Positions 39,181 to 52,506 of a DNA stretch of 64,000 nucleotides are shown in pieces; the first letter of the stretch is position 1; every line of letters begins with the position of its first letter. A program made the position numbers and the translations under genes. The notes below the pieces were generated by a model. That model had not been told where the DNA came from. It made no database searches and was given only the letters and a program-made list of their open reading frames with translations. Source of the stretch: Tubulanus polymorphus (lineage: Eukaryota > Animalia > Nemertea); assembly GCF_964204645.1 (NCBI RefSeq), contig NC_134034.1, positions 8,320,962-8,384,961 on the forward strand, written 5' to 3'.

Positions 39181-39603
<423 letters not shown>

Positions 39604-39649
39604 GTCGGACGACTATACGCGTCGTCGCATAATTGTAGACAACACTTAC

Positions 39650-39723
39650 GGTCCTTCTCAGGACCACTTAAAACTCCCAGAAAGAGCCGGTGTGTTTTGC
39701 CTGCCTCGCCTCGCTTTTGCTTC
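39650..39723 (+). promoter_or_regulatory. H3 3' stem-loop, HDE and second motif
   Basis: GGTCCT-TCTC-AGGACC at 39650-39665, CCCAGAAAGAGCC at 39676-39688 and GCCTCGCTTTTGCTTC at 39708-39723. Stem-loop copies at 49855 and 60124. Confidence 0.92.
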
Positions 39724-41195
39724 CCCTCGGTTCCTCTTGCATTGTTGAGAAATTGGCGACAAGAAAAAACAAAAACAAAAATCAATCACTCGCCAATGCA
39801 ATAATGCTACGTATTTATTAGGATCGCGTCGGTTGTCGTGCCTGTGCGCTGTGCGGGCCTCCGTTTAACAATATTTATACTCGGCCCGTTGTATGTAGTA
39901 GGTACGTGGTGATCGTTTGTATTACTAGAAAACGCGAACGTGTTTCGCTTCTTTTTTTGTTGGTCCGGCCGCCGATTGTAATCGATTATTATTCTTCGCT
40001 GCATTTGGCGCACGAAACAAGACGCCTCGGGTGAACCCGACGTCAAACCTACGTTCGGTCGGTTTTGCCGTGCCGCGACTATTTCGACGTCGGTTCGCGC
40101 AAAAACGATCCATCTTTTTCCCCGGCTTGCTGTCTCGCTGTATTATATACGATCTGTTCTGGCAGAATAAATGATACGGAATGGTGAAATTCAGAGCGCC
40201 CAAAACTATGCGTCGACTGATAAATCGATACAAAACTCAACATATAGAATTCCTTCGCCATATACGAGCCGAAGCATCAATCGCCGGTTTTAACCGCACT
40301 GAATCAATCCTCTTGAGGAAACTGCATTCGTGTTGGTTTGTTTTAAGTTTTTCAGTCGTAAGTTTTTATCTTCCGCTTTTAATTGTCTAGCGACAAAAGT
40401 TTCGAGGAGTCGGCATTACTAGAAATCTTACGTCGGTTATCCCAGTTTTGAGCGTCGTATCGGCCCCCCTCGGTCGCCTAAGACGACAGACAGGCTGCGT
40501 GCGTGCTGCGTAATCAGGATTATTAGGGGGTGTCTGTCTGGTGGTCGTGCCACAAATTCCCAAGGCCATTTGTTTCCGAGGTTGTAGGCGTTCAAATTGC
40601 CATTCTCATTTCGATCCGAGTATAATATTATACGATGCATAATATCAGAAGACAATTTGTTGCCGTTTCAAAGTTTGGCCCGAGATTTTATCATTCGACA
40701 TTTCACCGTTCATACCAACGGGTATCGGCCTAGTGCGCCGCGTACAAACATGTTTGTGGTTGACATTTTTTTCTCGGCAGTTTAATAATGCATTTCATAA
40801 AATTTCAATTGCATTTCCTCGAAAATTGATATATACGCACACAGAGATTCGCGCTTGTTGCTCTCTGCTCCTCAGTCGGTTAGTTATAGCGCGCTATTTA
40901 ATAATTACAGCGCGTCACATTCTATGTAATCTGATATGTATTGTTCTTCAACGGGACTCGCATGTTTCGTGTGTAGGCGCGCGTATTTCTTTCAGTCATT
41001 TTTTTCAAGTAACGAAGACAACGACCCGGACAAAATCAAGAAGAAACCCGTCAGTCACAAAATCCACAAAACAAATAAATAAACCAACAAAAACGAAACA
41101 AAAAATCAACGCGTACTACATACATATATAGACAATAATTACGTACGACGAGTCGAGTCGAGTCCTCGGTCGGTACGGTACGCAGGGTAAAAGGC

Positions 41196-41269
41196 GAAGC
41201 AAAGCGAGGCGACGGGAAAGCGCAAAAACTGGCCCTTTCTGGGAATTTGAAGTGGTCCTGATAAGGACC
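41196..41269 (-). promoter_or_regulatory. H2B 3' stem-loop, HDE and second motif
   Basis: Minus strand: GGTCCT-TATC-AGGACC at 41269-41254, CCCAGAAAGGGCC at 41243-41231 and GCCTCGCTTTGCTTC at 41210-41196. Stem-loop copies at 51463 and 61728. Confidence 0.92.
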
Positions 41270-41319
41270 GTTGGTTGATGCCCGATGGCGTAGGTACACA
41301 CGCGCGCACGTAGCGCCGT

Positions 41320-41691
41320 TTACTTCGAACCGGTGTACTTGGTGACGGCCTTCGTACCCTCGCTGACGGCGTGCTTGGCCAGCTCTCCCGGCAACAGCAG
41401 TCTGACGGCGGTCTGGATTTCCCGACTGGTGATGGTCGATCGCTTGTTGTAGTGCGTCAGGCGTGACGCCTCGGCGGCGATCCTCTCGAAGATATCGTTG
41501 ACGAAGCTGTTCATGATGCTCATGGCCTTCGCGGAGATTCCCGTGTCGGGGTGAACTTGCTTCAACACCTTGTAAATGTAGATGCTGTAGCTTTCCTTTC
41601 TTCTCTTCCTCCTTTTCTTGTCACCGGTGTGAGCGGCTTTAGCCTTGGTGGCTGCCTTCTTGGCACCTTTGCTTGAAACTTTCGGCGGCAT
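41320..41691 (-). CDS. H2B: Histone H2B
   Basis: [22 protein letters not shown]...[10 protein letters not shown]. Confidence 0.99.
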   Translation of the reverse strand: MPPKVSSKGAKKAATKAKAAHTGDKKRRKRRKESYSIYIYKVLKQVHPDTGISAKAMSIMNSFVNDIFERIAAEASRLTHYNKRSTITSREIQTAVRLLLPGELAKHAVSEGTKAVTKYTGSK

Positions 41692-41922
41692 GACGACTGT
41701 GCGTTAGCGAATGCGAAATAACACCGGCGCGCAACGCGCCAACCGTATTTATGTGAGCGCGCCGGCTCCCGTCGAGCGACCAATCAGCGCATCTGTTGAT
41801 CGCCTGGCACTCGGCGCCGAGTATAAGTTCGTTCAGGCGCGCCGCGTACGCGAACGTTCACACGCACTGTTTCATTCGTTGTCAACGTCGTCGTATCGTC
41901 AAATTTGATATCACCGATCAAC
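41692..41922. promoter_or_regulatory. Divergent H2B/H2A promoter
   Basis: CATAAATA on minus at 41753-41746, CCAAT at ~41780, TATAAG at 41822 and CATTC motifs on both sides. Confidence 0.75.
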
Positions 41923-42297
41923 ATGTCTGGCCGAGGTAAAGGAGGAAAAGCGAAAGGCAAGGCCAAGAGCCGCTCGTCCCGCGCAGGGTTGCAGTTCCCG
42001 GTCGGAAGGATCCATCGTCTTCTCCGCAAAGGAAACTACGCCGAACGTATCGGAGCCGGAGCGCCGGTGTACCTAGCCGCCGTCATGGAATACTTGGCCG
42101 CCGAAGTGTTGGAGTTGGCCGGCAACGCCGCCCGCGACAACAAGAAGTCGAGAATCATCCCGCGACATCTGCAGTTGGCCATCCGCAACGACGAAGAGTT
42201 GAACAAGCTGCTTTCCGGTGTCACCATCGCCCAAGGCGGTGTACTGCCCAACATCCAGGCCGTGCTTCTGCCGAAAAAGTCCGCCAAGTCCAAGTAG
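41923..42297 (+). CDS. H2A: Histone H2A (start MSGRGK at 41923)
   Basis: [27 protein letters not shown]...LLPKK. Confidence 0.99.
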   Translation: MSGRGKGGKAKGKAKSRSSRAGLQFPVGRIHRLLRKGNYAERIGAGAPVYLAAVMEYLAAEVLELAGNAARDNKKSRIIPRHLQLAIRNDEELNKLLSGVTIAQGGVLPNIQAVLLPKKSAKSK

Positions 42298-42335
42298 ATC
42301 GCGTCCGTGTCCCGCGCGTCGCGCATCCAAGCAAC

Positions 42336-42407
42336 GGTCCTTATCAGGACCACTTCAACTTCCCAGAAAGGGCCAGTACTGACCTCGCCTGCCTCGCTTA
42401 TTGCTTC
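42336..42407 (+). promoter_or_regulatory. H2A 3' stem-loop, HDE and second motif
   Basis: GGTCCT-TATC-AGGACC at 42336-42351, CCCAGAAAGGGCC at 42362-42374 and GCCTCGCTTATTGCTTC at 42391-42407. Stem-loop copy at 52545. Confidence 0.92.
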
Positions 42408-45400
42408 GGTGATCACGATGATATAATTTCGTTGTTGTTGTTGTTTGTTGTTGTTGTCGTTGTTGTTTTATCATCAGCGTGTACGGGGGGTATATACGTT
42501 ATCAAGGCGTTGGCCCGCGTACGATCCCAGTTCCAATTCTCATCGGCTTTCGCGGCGTCCACAATGAAAAACTGTGTGTGTTATGTACATTACATTTATT
42601 AGTAGGGCGACATTCGTCAGGCGTGTTTACATATGTACCCGGTATTTATTTCTCTTCTATTCCCCCGACACCGACGACGGCAACAGCAAAAAGAAACGTG
42701 CAAAACAAGACAAACAAGCAATGCAGGGTTCAATACATGCAGCCCCTCAAATCCCCGAAGAACCCCTCAAATTCCAAAATTCGTTTGTTAGGGATGGAAC
42801 AAACTCCCTCAAATTCATCTTAGTTTTAGTCGTCGCTCAAATTCAGAAAACCGCTGCATTGGCATTTTATACTGCATTGTCTTGGTAGCCTGGCTGGGTT
42901 AGTTAGAATCAATGGTAATAAGTGGGGGCTATAGGCCTCGTTATCATCCCCGTAAAGTGTCCAAACTAACTTTCTCAATTATTTTGGAAGGTTTATTCGA
43001 TTGCGAAGAGTCATTTTGACACATTTATCCAGGAGTTCAGAAAAACGGGGCCCTACGTACTTGAGCTGAATGTCGATATGGCGAGAGTTATTCTTACAAA
43101 ATGCCGAAATCGGCAATTTTTCAAGTTGGTTGCTTAAAGAAGGACTCAAATTTAAAAACAAACATTCGGTATTCGTCAAAATGTTCCGTTTGCGACGGAA
43201 TGTTTTCCGGCAGCTTTTCGTCGAAACAATGCTCTTCAGTCGGGATTGGGCCCCGGCTATCCTAGACGAGTTCTTTCACCCAAAATCAAGTTGAACGGTT
43301 TAGGCCCTAATTAGTATATGGCATATAGTCGAATGTTGATAAGGTTATTCGATTCATTGGCGCCTAAATGCATTTCGCTAATTCTGATAAGTATTGTACT
43401 GGTACTGTGTGTTTTATGTATCGGTTAGGTTTTCGTCGCGAAATATGACCCTCAATTTGGCGGTCACACCCTGAAAAACCGCTCAAATGCCCGTCACATT
43501 TCATAGCGATTGTCCTGTAGGAACCCCGTGCAATAACACCTTTCGCGTAGGACTATTTCCTTTCATAAAACACGATCATGCATCTTTTTGCGGCCCTGCA
43601 ACGAAAGTCGTATAATATGCCTGCTTTCGAAATTACGTATATCGACATCGTTTTTAGCACGATTGCCTCCACCCACATCGTACAGCTATTCAAGACGTGT
43701 ACGACATCATCATCGGCAGTACCGTCCTATATACTAGAAAGTAGTTACGCGCATATTTATACATAATTTCTATTGTAGATGTAAATGCGGGATTAAATCA
43801 GAACTAAATTTAAAGCTGAGGTATTCAACGAGACTCCAGTAGACAGGAAACCGGCAAGGCAGCCATTTTTCTTTTCTATCAAAATGATTTAACCTGGTAG
43901 AAGTCATCTGCATCTATATTCTACTGTAACTCTTTCGGCAACCACATACAATGTCCTTGGACGATTTGTGGATAATTTGTCATGTTATTTTGTATGATTA
44001 TGTATACAGAATGTCAGATCTATATATGGTTAAAAAAAAACAAACAACATCATCGGCACCAGTAGATTGTGTCAATCGCCGAGCGAGATCTCCAGGGCTA
44101 GTTTATTTAGTACACCGATTTAGTCCCTTTTTTCGTTGTGTGAATGATGGCGGGTTCGCATCGCACGCGCGCGGCACCGGTATATTGCGCGATTCCCGGC
44201 GTAACCGCGCCATCGTGGGACGCACCGACAATACGTGCATGCAGTGCGGATAGCTATTTATTCATTTATTTACTACAGGATAGCAAATAGCTCGAAACTT
44301 CTATCAAAAACTTTCTTTCATAAAACACGATCATGCATCGTTTTGCGGCCCTGCAACGAAAGTCGTATATATGCCTTTCGAACTTACGTATCGACATCCT
44401 AACCCTAACCCCAACCCTAACAGCGAGTTAATGTAAATCCATGCAATGATCTTAAAAAAAAATCACACACATTATACAATCAGCTATTATCTTAGAACAT
44501 CCCAATGCTGTGAATGTCTACGCTTAGATTGATATCAGTTAATTGCAGACATGTTACGTGTGTGGTGGCGATTCGATGGTATTTTGAATAGAGAGTGCGG
44601 TTTTAAGGACGAGGACATCATTAATTTTGAGGACATCGAGATTTTTGGAGTATAGTGCGTCGGTGTGTGAGCAGGTTAGCGGTAATAATCCCCTAGGTCA
44701 AAAAAGCCCATCGGTAAAAATCCCCAATACTTCCAAAAGTAGGTACAAATCCCCCTCTTTTTGAATGGAGTGTAACGTCAATTAATTTCATATTAATATA
44801 TCATATATCGCCGTTGAACTCAATAAGGATATATCATGACCAAACAAACTATATAGTATACACTATTTGCGCATTATAACATACTAAAAATTAACAGTAG
44901 TTCATTAGTACTAAATTCGCACTTAAAGTTAACGCGCGCAGCTTAATGAAAGGGTTCATTGCACATTTCAAATATATCACACTAGCATGAATCTTATGAC
45001 ATTTCATTTTGAAAGTTCATTACTTCTGATCATTCATTCATGGCATCGCACAGCTGAAATATACCACGAGTTATCAAGCGTCCACAGTTCAAAACTAATC
45101 CAGTTCGAATTGTAAGATATATTGCATTTAAAAAGTTCATCATTGTCATTAGTTATTACAAGTTGTTTCCTTCTAAACAGTTTACTAAATAAGAATTTAT
45201 CGACGGCTGTGCAAACATAATTCAGTCTCAATTGCGAATGAATACGCTGCAAAAGCACCATCTTGCTTTGAAATGTTCCTGAAAATCACCAAGTCGGCGT
45301 TTTACCTACTTTTGAATATTCGGGGATTTTTACCTATAGGGTATTTTTTTCCTGGTTTTTGTTTTGTTTTGTTTTGTTTTACCTACAACCGGGTGAGGGC

Positions 45401-46313
45401 AGTGTGTGATTACAGTTGGTCGAATATGCAATTTTTGTCGGAAATGAGCTGAACATAGTACCATAAAAATCGAAATTTTTTGAAGTTTTATGTCTGAAAG
45501 TCTGGTATTGATTGGACTGCTAATTACTTAAATACTCTCTGTAATTGATTACTTAATATGGGTTTTCTTCCTTTTTTATTTTTGGCAAACCGTCGAATAT
45601 CCATAAATATCCATATATGGGCATGTATATCCGTCGAATATGGAGAATGAATTGAATTATTACACAGCGAACCGTCGAATATGCGTCGAATATGGAACAT
45701 TATTTATATGATTATTTTTGGTGAACCGTCGAATATGCGTTGAATATGGTCACTCCATCTGAAATGGTTTTTCCGGACCCCGTCGAATACGGTGACCCCT
45801 TTTTTCAGTTCAAAAATGTTGGTAACTATCAGTGATTTTCGGTATTAGCTTGTTTGATACGCTAATACAGTATCTAAATCAACTTATTGTGACTTAATAT
45901 CCGAGATAAATGAATCTGATATCGGAAACGAGAGTGACAAAAAAGTTCAAAATTTCAAATTGATTTTTCTCAGTTTCGATAAAAGTGCATATTCGACGGT
46001 TCGCCAGAAACCCAGCGAATTTCTCAAAGCACTACGGCATAGGAACGACACCGACAGGGATACGGTGGCCGAGTCGCGCGAAGCACTGCCGACATAGGCG
46101 ACCTATGCAGCTTGTGCTTTGAATGACATAGAGAGCGTAGTGTCGGAGCGGCGGACCCTATGCAGCCTGTGCTTCGAACGGCATAGTACGCGTAATGCTT
46201 CGGCGATGTACGAGTGCATAGGAGGGCTATGCACGACACTACATACGGCGTCGTATAAAGCGCATCGGCGCTCGGGTCGGGCTATCATTCGTACATTCGA
46301 CTCGTCGTTGTGA

Positions 46314-46673
<360 letters not shown>

Positions 46674-49385
46674 GCAGCTCAGCCCAGCGCGCAGCGGTCG
46701 CGGCCGCGGCGCCTGAGAAAACAACAACACGGTCCTTATCAGGACCACTTCAACTTCCCAGAAAGAGCCAGTGGTAGTGCGCTGACCCGGTGCCTCGCTT
46801 TTTGCTTCACACCCTCGCCCATATGTTATTAACGTAACGTGCCCTTGTTGTCGGTGTATGTCGGACACGATGGCTAAACGGTCCGAATTAATTTCGAGGG
46901 ATTAATCACGCGTACATCATACGTACGTACATACACATACACATACACACACACATAGGTACACGGATAATAGTAATTTTAATGTTGATTGATAAATACG
47001 TAATTGCGTTTGTTTTCGGTGTTTTGTTGAAGTTTTTTTTCGGCCCCCGCTTTTCGCGGGTGCGATCGATTGATCGTTAATGACTTTGATTTTGGGTCGG
47101 GCGATGAAAAAAAGCCAGTGCAGAAGGAATTGTAGTACGCATGTATGGTTTCGCAAACACGAGTACTTCTGAATATATAGGACATCATTCGGGGTATTTT
47201 ACATATCGAAGCACTTTACTTTCTATAGGCGATTGAAATTAAAAATCGAATCAGTTATTTAGGGCCTATGCGAGGGGAAAACACACGCCGGGCGATTAGA
47301 TTCGAGCTGGACAATTGAAAGTTGGCGCGCATAAATGAATATAGGCCTACGTACGTACACACGGTACCTCAACTCGGTCTTAATACGTGCCGCCGCCGCC
47401 GCCGGTAGAAGGAACCATCGTTTTTATATCCGTTCTTTTTTTGTAACGCGTCTGGCGCTGTATTGATTGTCACCATCGAAAAACGACTAAGCTTCGTCGT
47501 CAACCGACCGATTTGGGTCGTCGTCCGAGATAAAATAAGAAAGAATCCGATCCATTGCACGAAGTATGTATCGTAGACCTATAGACCTATAGCTAACGAT
47601 AGTGCAGTGGTCTCTTTAGTTTCTCTTGTAACGTAATCGCGCGCGACGGCGAGCCGAGTCTCATTTCGTCGTAAATGGCGATGGCATTATTTTATGTAAT
47701 TCTATGTAAACGGCCTTATTTCTATGTAGCTAGCTGCCTGCCTGCCGCGGCTTATTGCGGCTCGGGGGTGGGTGTGGTTACTGCGAGGCCGGTCGCACGA
47801 ACGACTCGGATCTGCTGCGTGCAGTACGCTTTGATCGTGATTTTTCGAGATCAGCTTTGAAGCTTATAGAACTTCATCGTCTCCGTGTATGTATATATAT
47901 GTATACGGGATTTTTCCGATTACATGCTTTCCATTAGTTCGATCGCTCGCGCCGCCGCGTGTCTGCTCTGGGGAGTGTGGAATGACCTATCTTTTCTCGG
48001 GGAGAAAAATATACGTCAAACCATGGCCACAGCTAGCTAAATGATCGATAAGGCCTAAATACCTAAGGCACTTTTTTCAACGGCGATGATGGCATTGATT
48101 TATAAAACACCGGCCAGCTTCAAAAATGTAATTGACAATAGAGATAAACTAGAGTGGCCAATGACAACGTAATGATGAAACCATTCCGCAACGTTGTTGC
48201 CGGCGGCCCCCGCCGTTTTGTTAAGTTACTTCATGCGAATTGTTCGGCGCGCCGATGACGATTATATCGACGACGACGACGACGATGATGTATATAGGTT
48301 CATCCGTATTTTACGCCGCCGTTTTTAAAACACCATACATATTCATTCGTGTGCATGGTTGGGATGCGCGCGTTTAATCGCATTTCATCGATCCTGTCTG
48401 CATCGCGCGCGGCGGATAGATTTTTGTTCGTTTGTCAACAACTCTGATTACAAACGTTCATACCGTGTCAACAAGAGTTTTCAGTTAGGCCTACAACAAC
48501 GTACGCGTACGTGTGCAAATTTCGTTTCTCGCATTTATTAATGAGCAGTAATTGACTATACGACACGACGCCGCAGTTGTACGTCGATTAGTCGCGCGTC
48601 GAATATTATGAGAAAAAAACAATTCGAAGTTTTGAACATTTTTGTCGCCCCTCTCTTTTTTAATTCATTTGTTTATTTCCTGAATATATGATATATAAAC
48701 TGATGCAAAATAACAGCAGGGTAACACGCATTTTCCGACACATATCAGGTAGGTCCATTTAGCGTGGAAGTTAAGCAACGGTGGCCTGCCTGTCTGACTT
48801 GGGTACCTTATTAGGTTTTTGCCTTCAACGCTATCCGATATTGACACTGCTACAATACATGCGATTTTACTGATTGCTTTCGAATTAATAAACCTATATT
48901 CATTTATTTATTTATTCGCTTATTTACTTATTTATCCGTTGAGAAATAATTCCTCATAATTTAGGCCCTAATTCGCTTACGTAATTGCGACTGCGCGGGT
49001 TCAAATTGGCCGTTGATTAATTCAGTTTAGCGCGAAGATATGTGATCATATCATCGTTTCTATGACAGACATCGGTGTGTAATAATAGGGATGGGAGATG
49101 ATAGCCTATGGCATGGCATGTGAGCAAAAAACGATCACGGATATCGGCGTACATCGCTGTGGTGAGGGAAGGCAGTGTATTTATTTACATCGAACGAAAC
49201 GCGTCGATCGCGGCCGCCGGCTGCTCCCGGCGCTTCACTTCCTTTATTCAAATAGCCGGCCGACCAATCGGCGCCCGACTATGCGAGCCAATCGCGTTCG
49301 CGCAGCGCGCCGACCGAGCGTCGATAAACCGGCCGGCGACACTATAGTCGTACTATTGTAACGTTACATCGTTCGCTCTAGTTGA

Positions 49386-49808
<423 letters not shown>

Positions 49809-51528
49809 GTCGGACGACTATACGCGTCGTCGCATAATTGTAGACAACACTTACGGTCCTTCTCAGGACCACTTAAAACTCCCAGAAAGAGCCGGTGTGT
49901 TTTGCCTGCCTCGCCTCGCTTTTGCTTCCCCTCGGTTCCTCTTGCATTGTTGAGAAATTGGCGACAAGAAAAAACAAAAACAAAAATCAATCACTCGCCA
50001 ATGCAATAATGCTACGTATTTATTAGGATCGCGTCGGTTGTCGTGCCTGTGCGCTGTGCGGGCCTCCGTTTAACAATATTTATACTCGGCCCGTTGTATG
50101 TAGTAGGTACGTGGTGATCGTTTGTATTACTAGAAAACGCGAACGTGTTTCGCTTCTTTTTTTGTTGGTCCGGCCGCCGATTGTAATCGATTATTATTCT
50201 TCGCTGCATTTGGCGCACGAAACAAGACGCCTCGGGTGAACCCGACGTCAAACCTACGTTCGGTCGGTTTTGCCGTGCCGCGACTATTTCGACGTCGGTT
50301 CGCGCAAAAACGATCCATCTTTTTCCCCGGCTTGCTGTCTCGCTGTATTATATACGATCTGTTCTGGCAGAATAAATGATACGGAATGGTGAAATTCAGA
50401 GCGCCCAAAACTATGCGTCGACTGATAAATCGATACAAAACTCAACATATAGAATTCCTTCGCCATATACGAGCCGAAGCATCAATCGCCGGTTTTAACC
50501 GCACTGAATCAATCCTCTTGAGGAAACTGCATTCGTGTTGGTTTGTTTTAAGTTTTTCAGTCGTAAGTTTTTATCTTCCGCTTTTAATTGTCTAGCGACA
50601 AAAGTTTCGAGGAGTCGGCATTACTAGAAATCTTACGTCGGTTATCCCAGTTTTGAGCGTCGTATCGGCCCCCCTCGGTCGCCTAAGACGACAGACAGGC
50701 TGCGTGCGTGCTGCGTAATCAGGATTATTAGGGGGTGTCTGTCTGGTGGTCGTGCCACAAATTCCCAAGGCCATTTGTTTCCGAGGTTGTAGGCGTTCAA
50801 ATTGCCATTCTCATTTCGATCCGAGTATAATATTATACGATGCATAATATCAGAAGACAATTTGTTGCCGTTTCAAAGTTTGGCCCGAGATTTTATCATT
50901 CGACATTTCACCGTTCATACCAACCAACGGGTATCGGCCTAGTGCGCCGCGTACAAACATGTTTGCGGTTGACATTTTTTTCTCGGCAGTTTAATAATGC
51001 ATTTCATAAAATTTCAATTGCATTTCCTCGAAAATTGATATATACGCACACAGAGATTCGCGCTTGTTGCTCTCTGCTCCTCAGTCGGTTAGTTATAGCG
51101 CGCTATTTAATAATTACAGCGCGTCACATTCTATGTAATCTGATATGTATTGTTCTTCAACGGGACTCGCATGTTTCGTGTGTAGGCGCGCGTATTTCTT
51201 TCAGTCATTTTTTTCAAGTAACGAAGACAACGACCCGGACAAAATCAAGAAGAAACCCGTCAGTCACAAAATCCACAAAACAAATAAATAAACCAACAAA
51301 AACGAAACAAAAAATCAACGCGTACTACATACATATATAGACAATAATTACGTACGACGAGTCGAGTCGAGTCCTCGGTCGGTACGGTACGCAGGGTAAA
51401 AGGCGAAGCAAAGCGAGGCGACGGGAAAGCGCAAAAACTGGCCCTTTCTGGGAATTTGAAGTGGTCCTGATAAGGACCGTTGGTTGATGCCCGATGGCGT
51501 AGGTACACACGCGCGCACGTAGCGCCGT

Positions 51529-51900
51529 TTACTTCGAACCGGTGTACTTGGTGACGGCCTTCGTACCCTCGCTGACGGCGTGCTTGGCCAGCTCTCCCGG
51601 CAACAGCAGTCTGACGGCGGTCTGGATTTCCCGACTGGTGATGGTCGATCGCTTGTTGTAGTGCGTCAGGCGTGACGCCTCGGCGGCGATCCTCTCGAAG
51701 ATATCGTTGACGAAGCTGTTCATGATGCTCATGGCCTTCGCGGAGATTCCCGTGTCGGGGTGAACTTGCTTCAACACCTTGTAAATGTAGATGCTGTAGC
51801 TTTCCTTTCTTCTCTTCCTCCTTTTCTTGTCACCGGTGTGAGCGGCTTTAGCCTTGGTGGCTGCCTTCTTGGCACCTTTGCTTGAAACTTTCGGCGGCAT
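51529..51900 (-). CDS. H2B: Histone H2B (unit 2)
   Basis: Protein identical to unit 1. Confidence 0.99.
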   Translation of the reverse strand: MPPKVSSKGAKKAATKAKAAHTGDKKRRKRRKESYSIYIYKVLKQVHPDTGISAKAMSIMNSFVNDIFERIAAEASRLTHYNKRSTITSREIQTAVRLLLPGELAKHAVSEGTKAVTKYTGSK

Positions 51901-52131
51901 GACGACTGTGCGTTAGCGAATGCGAAATAACACCGGCGCGCAACGCGCCAACCGTATTTATGTGAGCGCGCCGGCTCCCGTCGAGCGACCAATCAGCGCA
52001 TCTGTTGATCGCCTGGCACTCGGCGCCGAGTATAAGTTCGTTCAGGCGCGCCGCGTACGCGAACGTTCACACGCACTGTTTCATTCGTTGTCAACGTCGT
52101 CGTATCGTCAAATTTGATATCACCGATCAAC

Positions 52132-52506
52132 ATGTCTGGCCGAGGTAAAGGAGGAAAAGCGAAAGGCAAGGCCAAGAGCCGCTCGTCCCGCGCAGGGTTG
52201 CAGTTCCCGGTCGGAAGGATCCATCGTCTTCTCCGCAAAGGAAACTACGCCGAACGTATCGGAGCCGGAGCGCCGGTGTACCTAGCCGCCGTCATGGAAT
52301 ACTTGGCCGCCGAAGTGTTGGAGTTGGCCGGCAACGCCGCCCGCGACAACAAGAAGTCGAGAATCATCCCGCGACATCTGCAGTTGGCCATCCGCAACGA
52401 CGAAGAGTTGAACAAGCTGCTTTCCGGTGTCACCATCGCCCAAGGCGGTGTACTGCCCAACATCCAGGCCGTGCTTCTGCCGAAAAAGTCCGCCAAGTCC
52501 AAGTAG
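52132..52506 (+). CDS. H2A: Histone H2A (unit 2)
   Basis: Protein identical to unit 1. Confidence 0.99.
   Translation: MSGRGKGGKAKGKAKSRSSRAGLQFPVGRIHRLLRKGNYAERIGAGAPVYLAAVMEYLAAEVLELAGNAARDNKKSRIIPRHLQLAIRNDEELNKLLSGVTIAQGGVLPNIQAVLLPKKSAKSK

Noticed and set aside
40375-40415. AATTGTCTAG resembling the vertebrate U7 Sm site
   Set aside because: One T short, no HDE-complementary sequence upstream and no good hairpin downstream.
41905-41922. N-terminal extension MISPIN on H2A in the ORF track
   Set aside because: It starts at TTG. The canonical ATG (MSGRGK) is at 41923.
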